Shown: positions 52,774 through 63,176 of the stretch, piece by piece | How positions within the stretch are numbered: position 1 is the first letter of the stretch | Layout of the letters: each line of letters begins with the position of its first letter | Assembly (NCBI GenBank): GCA_973895155.1 | Contig: OZ316893.1 | Span: forward strand, 20,340,857 to 20,404,856 | Length of the DNA: 64,000 nucleotides | Source of the DNA: Marsupella aquatica | Taxonomy: Eukaryota; Plantae; Marchantiophyta | Direction of reading: 5' to 3' | Position numbers and translations under genes: made by a program | Notes under the pieces: generated by a model | Database searches by the model: none | The model's input: the letters and a program-made list of their open reading frames with translations, nothing else | What the model was told of the DNA's origin: nothing

Positions 52774-53880
52774 AGGGGGTCATTTCCATGGAAGTGGCAC
52801 ATCACACGCAACAAAAGTGTAGGCTGGGAAAATTGAATCATTTTTTAGAAAGACTTATTAGGTTATCAATGGAAATATAAGGTTGTTTTAATTGCAAAAA
52901 TGCATATATGTCATCACCTGAGTGGTGTCATACAACTTTATCTAAATTGAGTCAAACCATTGCACATGATTTATGGCCGTCCATATAGTGCGCTCCCCCC
53001 TCCCCCCAAAGATCCACTCCCACGTACACCCACACATATCCCTCTCACTCCCCCCTTGAGGAAAGCAGCCCGGAGGAAAGAAAACAACCACCTAATTGGG
53101 TGCAATGGGTTCTGTCAATTATGTGGGACTTTTATAGGTGTACCACTTATCCCCTAGTAGCCTATTGTACATACTTAGGCTGTTTTGCAAGATACTGGAC
53201 CCTCTTTGGGCAGCAGAGTGCACACAATCCACATAGAGACTAAAAGAACTCTAAAATGTGTTTGACAGATGGATAAGGAGCTGGATTTTGTTCCCTAGTT
53301 TAAATTTTTGTGAGCAAATGAAGAGGAGTTTTGGCAGAATTACATAATACAGTAGTTAAGAAAGTAGTGCATTATGTCCAATATGAAGAACTTCCCAACA
53401 GATAATAAAAATAAAAATTGATCACTTGGGTCCAATCATGTGAGTATCAAGACCCGAGCAAATTGGTTTGTGGACACATGGAGTCTCATGTTTTGCCCAT
53501 ACTTACTTTCCCGTCCCCCCCCCCTCCCACGCTTACCCAATTCCATAGGCTGGCCTCGGGGGGGTTCACTATATGGAGGGCCATACATCGCGTGCAACGA
53601 ATTAGGGTTTGACCCCCCTAACTTATAAGTGAAAAATATTTTTTTGCAAAACCTTTTCTTTCTTTAAATTTTGTCATTTTTTATTAAAAAACCCCTAAAA
53701 ACTTTAATGAAAGTATTTTTTGCAATTAAATAGGCCTACGGGTTCTTTAAAGTAGACCAGTCAATAAAATATGCCCTATGTGTTCTTCCACCAAACTTTG
53801 GAAGTCTTCCGTCACACCCATTTAAATGGGTCTATACTTCGTCACACGTGATGTGCCACTTCCGTGGAAGTGACCCCCCC
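52774..53880. mobile_element. Inverted pair of the dispersed repeat (TIR-like ~1.1-kb element)
   Basis: gggggtcatttccatggaagtggcacatcacacg at 52775 versus cacacgtgatgtgccacttccgtggaagtgacccccc ending ~53880. Inner ends ccatatagtg..cccccc and ggggggttcactatatgg. No clear TSD. Confidence 0.6.
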
Positions 53881-53911
53881 CCCAGAGGCTGGCAGGACTG
53901 TGGCCTCCCAC

Positions 53912-53959
53912 TCATTTTTGCTTTCAATCATTTTTGCTTTCAATCATTTTTGCTTTCAA
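53912..53959. repeat. 16-bp tandem repeat x3
   Basis: tcatttttgctttcaa x3. Confidence 0.9.
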
Positions 53960-55444
53960 CTCACTTTTTCGGCACTTTTTCCTTCAAAACCTAAGTTTTT
54001 TTTTTTTTCATTCAGACAGCGTTGACACTTTGTTCATATGGCAGAAAAGAACACAAACCTGCCTAAAAGAAGGAGGCAGGACATAGAAAGAAACGGAAAA
54101 TAAGGGTGGCTAGAGGGAGGAGCACACCCAGAGAAGAGAAGCACCAAAGACCGCCCAACCAGATGGCCAAAAAGAGGGGCACATCCAAGCGAGGAAGGGC
54201 AGCCCAAGGGGGAACAAGGACGGCCAGGAAGCAGCAAGAGAATAAGAGAAGCAATCAATCACCAACCAACATAACCAGGGAGACCAGCCAGGACCAGACC
54301 GGGAAATACACCAACTCCTCCCACCACCGGCTGAAAGATCCAGGCAGAACTCCGAGAAAAAACCCTCCATTGCCAAGTAATCCCCCGTTCCGCCGGTGAA
54401 GGCAATAGAGCAGCAAAACTGGGTCACCGATAGTCGAGCATGTGATGACTAGGTCAGGGTGACCAAAGGGACAGATCAGGAGATGGTCCACCATCAGCAA
54501 AGAATCCTCTTGCATTAAGAAGGCCCAGAATGAGATGACCCTGAATGATTGAGAGGAGCAGCGTCAATACACCGAGTTCCGAGAGATGATACGTGGGGTC
54601 CAGGAGGAGTGGCAGCATCTGCAGTCGGGTATAATACTGAAAGAGGAAAATAGGCAAGTTCAGATCCCGAGGGGTGAATGAGTCTACTCGGATTCCATAG
54701 GAGGGCGCTCAGAGTGGAGGATGCCTCTAGTCGACGCCCAGTGAGCAGAAGCGAGCACCAATGCGCAAAAGAATTTCTCAGCCAGTGAATCAATACAGTC
54801 CGGCGGGGAGAGGAAGAGGCGCAGTACCGACCAGGACCAAGACCAGACACCAAGCCAAGCAGCGGGAAAGGAGAGCTCCTATTAATACTTGAGGATAGCC
54901 AATGTGCCCCAGCAATAGAATATTCTAATCTATAGTCGACTAATTCTGAATAGGGACCAAAGAGAATCTAGCTAGTGCTCAACCGGGAGGGGAGGAAAAA
55001 TAATATGGCCAAAAATTAGTGCAAAGGGACGCAGAGCCAAGGCAACCGTAGCTGATTAGCATAGAGGAGCATCCAGCCTCCGCACCGATTATCTAGAGGT
55101 AACCAAGAGGAAGCATGCGAACCACACCAGCATCCGATAGAAAAATGGATACCAAGACACCTGCAAGAGTTCAGAACCTGATGAATATATGCCTGATCAC
55201 AATGGAGCACTGCCGAAGGAGCCATCCTCCAAGAGGGCGAGACAAGAGACTAAGGAAAGACTATAAATCCGACCAGAGGGTGAAACCGATACAGGGGAAA
55301 TACAGCGGGTACATGTGAAGCCAGAAACCAGGGAGGATGAGAGAAGGAAAGCACAGAGAATATTGCAAGAAACATTTGGGGTAACTGTGGAGTGAGGAGG
55401 ATAGGAGCGGCAGGGACTAGAAGGAATACTAGGCTGAGCAGGAG

Positions 55445-58400
55445 TCAGCAGCAAGACCTATTATGCAGAGTCCGAGAAATATATTTCTTTGCATAGTACA
55501 ATCTTTTTTTCTTTTTCTCAGACTCTGCATAGAGGGCAACGGAGTGGATATGTTGGACAGAGGAAGAGGCAGCAACGTAGGGGGAGAATACAACAGATTG
55601 ACTGCGGAACAGGCGAGAGTTACGGTTTCTCCAGATAAGCCAGAGAATCTCATAAATGACAAAGAGACGTGCAGAGCGCTGAGGAGTCCGGCCCAGAGCC
55701 ATATCGATAGTGGTGATGAGTGAGTGGCCCCCAGGTAGATACGACATGGCAGGCAGTCTCTCGAAGAACCAAGCAGATCGGTTCCAAACCGAGACTGCAT
55801 GAGAACAAACGAAGAAGATGTGTTGGTTATCCTCCAATAGCTGCGGACAAGAGGAGCAGCTCCCGTCATCGTGCCCACATTGCAAAGCCCGTTTTCCGTT
55901 GAATAGACCTGCAGCCAGGACACGCCACAGAAATATTTTGCCTCTATGTGAGAGATCAGATCTCCAAATTCGCCTCCACCTGCGCTGCCAAAGAGCCAAT
56001 GAGTCAAAGGAGCCCCAGCGGAGATTGAGAGAGAGGAAATCACATCTAGACTGATCCAAATATTTGTAGGCCTGGGAGCTGAGAAGAGAGCGAGGACGAA
56101 TGTGGTCAATTTTCCCAAACCAGTACCATTGAGCTGGCTCAAAGATCAAGGAGAGAGAGGGAGGCGGGCCGGTCTGCAGGAGCAAAAGGACGTTTAGCAG
56201 GGCCTCCTTATCCAGTCTAGTCAAACCACGAACTCTTGCCAAAGAATACGAAATATCCTTCCAGCATCCAGCATCAAAGTCCCATAGGTCTGAAAACACC
56301 CGAATGTTAATACGTGAACAAGCAACCAGAAAGCAAGGAATAACGGATTTGGGGAGACCTAAGGAAGAGAAGCACTTTGGAAGTAAATGACCGAGACTCC
56401 ATCTAGCAGGAGTAGCTAGAGAGTCAGAACGCCAGTGGAGGAAGACACGAACCCGAGCCCATGCCTTCCATATGCCTGCTGTGAAGTTCATGCCGCGAAA
56501 GCTTGACGGAGAGGAAAATAGAAAGCGATCCATAATTGTGTAGCGCAACTGACGGAGGCGAACAGAATGGTTCCAAGAAGCAAGGCCAAGGTTTTTGGAG
56601 AATAAGATGGCCCATTTGGAGCGCGAATCCGAAAGCATACGGACAGACCAGCGGGTTAGCAAGGCTGTGGCCTGGAGTTGGATATCCTTGAAGCCCAGCC
56701 CACCGTCTTGTTTGCGGCCGCACAACCGATCCCACGAGACAAGGGGAACCTTGCGACCTCCCTCCTTATTGAAACCCCAAATGAAATCTTTACAAGTCCT
56801 TTGGATCTCATAGGAAAGGGAAGCAGAGAATGGGGAATACATCATATGATATACCGACATAGAAAGCAATACTTGTTTGACCAGAAGAACTCGACCTGTG
56901 AATGAGAAGCTTTTATTAGACCACGAGGCGAGACGCTTATTTAATTTCCTTAGACAAAAGTCACGGAGTTGGACGCCGGATAGATTTTGTCCAAACGGTG
57001 CCCCAAGGTAAGAAGAAACCTGTCCCTGTGGTATGACTATACAGTTAGAACTCATCAACCATTGCGGAGGATTAGGCAGGCTAAAGACGAGAACCTCCAT
57101 TTTCTTGATATTCAGTCGGGCGCCAGCAGCTAGTTCGTAGAGGTCCATGTGTTCTCTTATTTCTAGGAAGCAAGACTCTTGAGCTGGTGTGAAGATACCC
57201 AAATCATCCGCGAAAAATTGATGGAATAGGGTGAGATTGGTACTTACCTCGATGCCATGCACCCTTCCTGACAATAGAGCTGCATCAAAAACGTCCATTA
57301 GAGGCTGGGTAGATAATGCGTATATGAGAGGTGCCAGCGGACAACCCTGACGGACACCACATGATAATGGAATGGGCTCGGTGAATTGACTGTTTACATG
57401 GACTTTTGCTGAGGCTAGAGACATTAAGCCCATTATGTTACGAGTGAGTTGAGTACTCAACCCAGAAGTGATCAACGTCTCCCTTATGTAGCGGTGATCC
57501 ACCCGATCGAAAGCCTTTGAAAAATCCATCTTTAAAAAAAGTGCCGGAACGTTATTTGTGGAGAGCCAGTCACTAGCCAACCAAGCCAAGGAAATATTGT
57601 CGAGGATTTGTCTTCCCGGGACGAATCCAGTCTGTTGGACGTTAACCATCTTTGGAAGGACCTTGCTGAGCCTAGTTGCTATTAGTTTGGCTATAATTTT
57701 ATAAGCAATGTTGAGGAGCGTAATCGGGCGCCAATCAGTGAGTCTAGATTTGTCAGAGGATTTGGGAACTAACTTTATGACGCCGTCCAAAAAACCTGGA
57801 AGCATTATTCCGTCCGACCAAAAGGATACCAGCATTGCATGAAAGGCAGGGGCTATGAATATCCAACAACTCAAGAAGACTTCTACGGTTAGCCCATCAA
57901 TGCCAGGTGCTTTGTTCTTTTGGATTCGATTAGCCGCACTAAATAATTCTTCTATAGTCGGAACCCTATCCAGTAAGTTAGTGTCATCCACTGATAAACG
58001 AGAAGAAGAGAATCTCAATATCTTTTTCCTGGCATCCGAATGCAAAATAGATTCTAGGGCATCTGGGGAGTATAGGGAGCGGTAGAAATTACCTACTTCT
58101 ACCAGAATCTGGTCCCGGTCACCAGTAGAGGAGCCATCAGTGAGGCGTAGGTTAGTGATCGAGGCCCGTTGCTGCTGATTTCTTACCATGTTGAAAAAGA
58201 ATTTTGTGGATGCATCACCTATTCCCAACCAGCGGATCCTTGATTTTTGTCTGAGGTCGATCGCTTCTCGGAACTCCAAGTCACGAAGAGATACCTCTGC
58301 ATCTCGTAACTCAGATAAGGTGTTCCGAGAGTGATCAAAGTCTGCATAGGAACGAAGATGCAACACTTTCTTTCTTAGCAAATCTGTACTTATGTACTTG

Positions 58401-59347
58401 TCGGATTTTTTTGATTGTATTTCCATGTATTGCCTGCGAAGTCGTTTGCTGGCAAGCGAGAAGGCTAGTTTCGGGTCGGTTGATGAAGATGAGTGGTTAG
58501 TCCATGCCAGTTCCAAAAGAGCGATGTTGGCTTTATCTTTTAGAATCCAATGGTTTGCTTTAAAGTAAGACGCCCTTAAGTCCGTCCTGGGCGAGTTGAT
58601 TGGCAAGCTGATAATACAAGAAAATGAGATAGGACAGTGGTCTGAGAGCGGCCTATCATGATGATCTGACAAAGATAGTATTCGGTCGATCCATGATCCG
58701 CGATTGCTAAGATAGAACCTGTCCAGTCTAGACTGTTGGACCCCGTTAAGTGTGTCTCTACGCCAAGTGAAGCAAGAACCAGGGACAGAAGGGACCAACT
58801 TATACACATCATACAGGTCTAGGCGACTCTTTAGAGCGGACCAAGCAAGAAGTTCAGACCCCGAGAGTAACGATGAGTGGCCACCCACCGAGTCCTGCAC
58901 ATTTTCAGTCATGTTGAAGTCCCCTGCCATTATCCAGTTCCCGCCAGGTAGAGAGGTAAGGAGGTCTTCCCAAAGGTGGGTGCGTATAGAGGAAATATTA
59001 GAGGCATACAGACCAACAATCCCAAATAAACCAAGATCGTTGTTAACAACAGCCCAGATAGCGCTACTTATTGGAGATATGCCATGTCTCATTATCTGTA
59101 GAGAGGGGTGTAGAAGCATAGCAGCTCCACCCCTACCGAGAAGGGGGTGAGCAATAATCAATTTGAAACCTGGGAGTATGAAGGAAAGCGCAGATATTAG
59201 TCTGAAGTCCGTGGCCTTTACATCAAGAAGGGTGAGTATATGAAGGGAATTACTCATATCATGTATCCATTTACGTACTATATACTTCCTATTCGGGTCA
59301 CAGAGCCCGGAGACATTCCATACAGCGATATGTAATTTTTTATCCAT
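55445..59347 (-). CDS. LINE ORF2: APE endonuclease + reverse transcriptase + C-terminal zinc finger (1300 aa, uninterrupted)
   Basis: APE motifs WNVSGL, GDFN, SRLDRFY, SDHCP; RT motifs PGIDG, WRPITL, QTGF, DFSKAFD, GVRQGCPLAP, FADD, YLG; CSSC...HIFFVC; LWLIWRNRN. Confidence 0.97.
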   Translation of the reverse strand: MDKKLHIAVWNVSGLCDPNRKYIVRKWIHDMSNSLHILTLLDVKATDFRLISALSFILPGFKLIIAHPLLGRGGAAMLLHPSLQIMRHGISPISSAIWAVVNNDLGLFGIVGLYASNISSIRTHLWEDLLTSLPGGNWIMAGDFNMTENVQDSVGGHSSLLSGSELLAWSALKSRLDLYDVYKLVPSVPGSCFTWRRDTLNGVQQSRLDRFYLSNRGSWIDRILSLSDHHDRPLSDHCPISFSCIISLPINSPRTDLRASYFKANHWILKDKANIALLELAWTNHSSSSTDPKLAFSLASKRLRRQYMEIQSKKSDKYISTDLLRKKVLHLRSYADFDHSRNTLSELRDAEVSLRDLEFREAIDLRQKSRIRWLGIGDASTKFFFNMVRNQQQRASITNLRLTDGSSTGDRDQILVEVGNFYRSLYSPDALESILHSDARKKILRFSSSRLSVDDTNLLDRVPTIEELFSAANRIQKNKAPGIDGLTVEVFLSCWIFIAPAFHAMLVSFWSDGIMLPGFLDGVIKLVPKSSDKSRLTDWRPITLLNIAYKIIAKLIATRLSKVLPKMVNVQQTGFVPGRQILDNISLAWLASDWLSTNNVPALFLKMDFSKAFDRVDHRYIRETLITSGLSTQLTRNIMGLMSLASAKVHVNSQFTEPIPLSCGVRQGCPLAPLIYALSTQPLMDVFDAALLSGRVHGIEVSTNLTLFHQFFADDLGIFTPAQESCFLEIREHMDLYELAAGARLNIKKMEVLVFSLPNPPQWLMSSNCIVIPQGQVSSYLGAPFGQNLSGVQLRDFCLRKLNKRLASWSNKSFSFTGRVLLVKQVLLSMSVYHMMYSPFSASLSYEIQRTCKDFIWGFNKEGGRKVPLVSWDRLCGRKQDGGLGFKDIQLQATALLTRWSVRMLSDSRSKWAILFSKNLGLASWNHSVRLRQLRYTIMDRFLFSSPSSFRGMNFTAGIWKAWARVRVFLHWRSDSLATPARWSLGHLLPKCFSSLGLPKSVIPCFLVACSRINIRVFSDLWDFDAGCWKDISYSLARVRGLTRLDKEALLNVLLLLQTGPPPSLSLIFEPAQWYWFGKIDHIRPRSLLSSQAYKYLDQSRCDFLSLNLRWGSFDSLALWQRRWRRIWRSDLSHRGKIFLWRVLAAGLFNGKRALQCGHDDGSCSSCPQLLEDNQHIFFVCSHAVSVWNRSAWFFERLPAMSYLPGGHSLITTIDMALGRTPQRSARLFVIYEILWLIWRNRNSRLFRSQSVVFSPYVAASSSVQHIHSVALYAESEKKKKRLYYAKKYISRTLHNRSCC

Positions 59348-59386
59348 AACAGTGAATAACTCAGGGGAAGCGAGAGATGGGAGAAA

Positions 59387-61033
59387 TTAATCAGTCGCGT
59401 GGTGATTAGAGGAGAAACCCGAGATAGTTTCAAACTCTGAACTGGAGGAGTTGCTATCTCTCCCTGACTCATCATCCATGGATGTGGACTCATCTTGAGA
59501 GGAGAACCCTCCGGAGGGTTCACCCAGAATTTGGTTGTATAATAGAGTGGTGTACGCTTTACCTGACATTTTCTTCATCGTGGAAGAAAAGAGAGAGCCC
59601 AGATTCTGCTTCCTTTTTAGAATACGGTTGTCCTCAGGATGGACCATAATCATGTGTCGCCTTCTGTACTCTTCCATGGATGAGCGGGTGCACAATAGGT
59701 CGTTACTTACCTGGGAACGGATCTGATTGTCGCTCCTTGGCTGGAATGAGTTGGTGGAAATCCCCGTTTGAGGAGCAGCGACATCTTCCCCGATTGCCTT
59801 CGCAACAGAGATCCCCTGGGAGGCAAACGGTACACATATACCTAGGTGCTCCAATCCAGGTTCCAAACGAGGTTGAGAGGGCGCCTCCCAAGGAACAGCA
59901 GATGGGTTCAATAATCGGGTACCGAGGCCATTTGAATATTTGTGAATGAACTCCTCGACCCCGCAGTGCATTCTTGGCTGGAATGGGTTAATGTTAATCC
60001 CCTCTGGGATAATAACGATAGGTGGCAGGTTGGTGAGAGGTTGACGATTATCGTAGATCAGGTTGTATGGGATCTTGATAGCTGCTGAGCATAGGCCTAA
60101 TGGAGGGGACGGGAGCAGTCCTGTAGCCAGAGGAGTAGAGAGAAGTGGAACGGATATGGGAGCTGGAACAGGTGTGCTATCTACTTGTCGATTACTATGT
60201 TTGTCCACCAGAAAGACCGGCCTTGTATGCTGTGGCTCGGAGTCCGTGTAGACTGATTTTTCCTGTTGAATTGCCCCCTGATCAATTTGCTCGGACGAAT
60301 TCAAACAGTTGGGGCCCACATGGCCTAGGCCTTTACATTTATAGCAAACAAACGGTACGTGCGTATATTCCACCCGCTGATGGATGGTAGCAACTACTTG
60401 TCCCTTCTCATCTCTCAGACTAATAACGAGGATCTCCGGGAGGGGAAGATTCATGTCCCACAAAAGACAGGCTCTATCATTTGGAGAGGACGAGTCACTA
60501 TCTGACGCAGGGATGAATTTCAGAACCTCACCCATACTCTCGAATACATGCTTGCCACTCCCCTCTAGGGCCAGTTCTCGGTATTTAAGCTCAGCCCACA
60601 CCGGCATATGTCCCAGGTATGGCGAATGCAGGGAAAAGGCGGGGTCCCATGGGGCGCAGTATACGTACCTACTTCCGATGTACCATGGAGAGTTCCCCAG
60701 AGCCTCCAGTTTATGTAACGTTGAATCAAAAGTGACTAGGAAGCAGTTCTTCCCAATGAACTTAACGCTCTTCAAACCCCACTTCCTCTTAAAGTAGAAT
60801 TCCTCCTCAGCCCACCCCCAGAACTGACGATGAGCGGGCACCCTTCCTGCAAAGAAAAACAGTACCGCTTTCAAAAGCAGTTCAGTGACAGTAATTGATG
60901 TCTCCTTAATACTTACCTCTAGCTGTAGCTTTACCTTGGGGAGCTGGTCTTCCATAGGTTTCTTCGCCGATAGGGAACTTATTGCTGCTTGGCACTCGGA
61001 AGAGATAGACCATTTGTTAATGGAACTCGTCAC
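59387..61033 (-). CDS. LINE ORF1: DUF4283-like RNA-binding domain + CCHC zinc knuckle
   Basis: GKNCFLVTF, SPWYIGSRYVYCAPWDPAF, PVWAEL, CYKCKGLGHVGPNC. First ATG in the open frame is at 60955 (MEDQLPK); an upstream ATG at 61225 is separated by an in-frame TAG (61064-61066). Confidence 0.9.
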   Translation of the reverse strand: MTSSINKWSISSECQAAISSLSAKKPMEDQLPKVKLQLEVSIKETSITVTELLLKAVLFFFAGRVPAHRQFWGWAEEEFYFKRKWGLKSVKFIGKNCFLVTFDSTLHKLEALGNSPWYIGSRYVYCAPWDPAFSLHSPYLGHMPVWAELKYRELALEGSGKHVFESMGEVLKFIPASDSDSSSPNDRACLLWDMNLPLPEILVISLRDEKGQVVATIHQRVEYTHVPFVCYKCKGLGHVGPNCLNSSEQIDQGAIQQEKSVYTDSEPQHTRPVFLVDKHSNRQVDSTPVPAPISVPLLSTPLATGLLPSPPLGLCSAAIKIPYNLIYDNRQPLTNLPPIVIIPEGININPFQPRMHCGVEEFIHKYSNGLGTRLLNPSAVPWEAPSQPRLEPGLEHLGICVPFASQGISVAKAIGEDVAAPQTGISTNSFQPRSDNQIRSQVSNDLLCTRSSMEEYRRRHMIMVHPEDNRILKRKQNLGSLFSSTMKKMSGKAYTTLLYNQILGEPSGGFSSQDESTSMDDESGRDSNSSSSEFETISGFSSNHHATD

Positions 61034-61591
61034 TTTATCAAGAGCGGCCGTGTTGATGGGGGCCTAAACTCCCTGAATAGCCTCACGCCTATCTGCGTCT
61101 GTGTCCCCAGTTCGTGCATTATCCAGAGCTAATACCCTAGTTGCTGCGGTTGATTGTGCACGTGCATTGTCACGCATTGCACATTCTATTCCCTCTGCCT
61201 TGAAGATCTCGCTTAACTTCGCCATTGTGGATGAGTGCGTTTGATGCTCGGTTTGATGATGGGAGCAAATCTGATTTCCAATTGAAAACTTCCTATATGA
61301 GGTACGCACTTAGATTTTTGGTGTTCTGTTGGGTTATACTTGTTACTTGTTGGGCACAGTTAACTTCTTCTTTTAAGTTGTGTGATTTCGAAGATTAGGA
61401 TTATATTACGGACATAGGTGTGGGCCACGCGTCTTATTGTTATAATTCTTGGGCGTGAGATGGTATTGTGTAACTCTGCGCTGCATGTCTCCCAGAGTAC
61501 TTGTATTGTGACCGTTTTAACCTTCTTCCATTTAGATTCGATACTGGGAAGGTATTCTCATGTGTTTGGATGAAGTAAATATTCTGATGTG

Positions 61592-63176
61592 GACTATTAC
61601 CCTTCTTGTGTAGAGAAATATACACACTTTTTATATACAAAGGGACCAAACAGAGTACAAATGAACAAACAAAAGAGGGCCCAAGTGGACAAAACCAATC
61701 GAAAAAGAAGTGAGCAAAAGGGAACCACTAAACACCAAGAAAGAGGAACTAAAAGTAAGAAATGAACAATAGGGAACCCCTAAAAACCAAGAAAGAGAGA
61801 GAGACTAAAACTAACCCAAGCGGACCGAGGTCCTCATCATTCCTACCGATTGTGGCAAAAAGCTAATGGTCCACATCAAGAGTCAAAACTAGATCGGCAA
61901 GTGGGATTGGAACATCCTCAAGGGGAGCTAGCCGCTGCGGAGGCACACTAGCACCCACTGTAAGAGATCGACGATAGATGGCCCGAGCTTGAGCACGCTG
62001 TAAGGTGACTGAAATGCGTTGGCGAAAGTGCATGGTCAAAATAGAAAGCGGGGGTCCGGTGGGACCCATTCGGCCATGAACATCCCGGGCAGCTTGCCGA
62101 AGAAGCCCATCAAACTGAGGATGAAGACGCCCAAATAGCTCCACAGCAAGGGGGAGGAAGCTGTCGGATGAAGCTCGTGCAGCATATTTGGCCTCCTTCG
62201 TTGTTGCCGCACGTGACGCTGCTGCCCCTGCCGTAGTTGCCGCTGTCCCAATGATGTCTTGGCGCAATGGGTTTGCCACCACAACATCTGCCAAAGTACG
62301 TTGACCCTCACGGACCATGGTAAGATCCACCCGTAACCGCTGTGATGGAGGACCAGGTAACTCGAGTACCACCTCCCGCCGCACGCATACCAAAGAGCCA
62401 GAGAGAACCTGAGCAATCGCATCTCGCACAGCATCGTGAACAATAATGGTTTCACCTCCCAAACTGCACCGAAGAAGATGGACACCTGTGGCATCACAAG
62501 GCTTCCCACAAGTGCAAGAAGGAGGTAAACCTGCAAGAAGTGGGTGGGGCAGCCCCAGACGAAGACGCATGGCTGTGGAGAACTCCGTTGAAGACATCCG
62601 CAAATGAGGAATGACTGGATTGGCCTGAAGCCATCCACCTGCGCCCTTCCCTCCGGAAGAAAGAATCCGAGCTCGGTCCGTGTCAGGTGCCTCGGAGAGG
62701 ATGCTGGAAAGGGTGAAAGTGTGCATACGCCCAGCGAGGTCTGCCTGAAGACGAACGGGATCCAAGGATAAAAACTCCTGGAAAGAAGGTAACGCGGTGC
62801 GAACGGGATCTGGTAATGAGGACCGCGCTGCGCGCAAATGAACCTGAAACGGGAGGGAACCCTCCTCTACCTCCATGAGAGATGAAAGTAAAAAAGGGCG
62901 ATCCTCAATAAGAAAACGATCGGCCAACAACGAGAAGGCGGCCGCCCATGCACCCAAAAAGGCCAAAGGTGCAAGGCTCTCAATGGAAGTAAGCCCAAAA
63001 CCACCCTGCGAAATAGGAAGATGGAGTTGTCGATGAAGCCACGGAGATGAGAGCAACGTACCCGGACCTAAAAGAGAGGCCAGGGTCTGACGAATGGAGA
63101 CATCAAATGCTCGAAGGTGGAGACAAAGATCCTCGGTAGGGGGATGCGTCCTAGCCAGATAAGACGCACGAGGGTG
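61592..63176 (-). mobile_element. 5'-truncated CRE/SLACS-clade non-LTR retroelement (RT thumb, CCHC finger, restriction-like endonuclease) with 3' UTR
   Basis: Frame is open from ~63173 to 61863: PRASYLARTHPP...QLHLPISQGGFGL...GAGGWL...RLRLG...CTCG..DATGVHLLRC...HDAVRD...RVDL...ADVVV...KEAKY...FLPLAVELFG...QRISVTLQRAQA. The RT catalytic core is absent. A weak 6-bp flanking repeat gatgtg sits at 61586-61591 and 63177-63182. Confidence 0.85.

Noticed and set aside
55429-62638. Alternative-frame and antisense ORFs overlapping the retroelement ORFs (e.g. 55429-56142, 62036-62638)
   Set aside because: Shadow ORFs of the real frames with no independent motifs.
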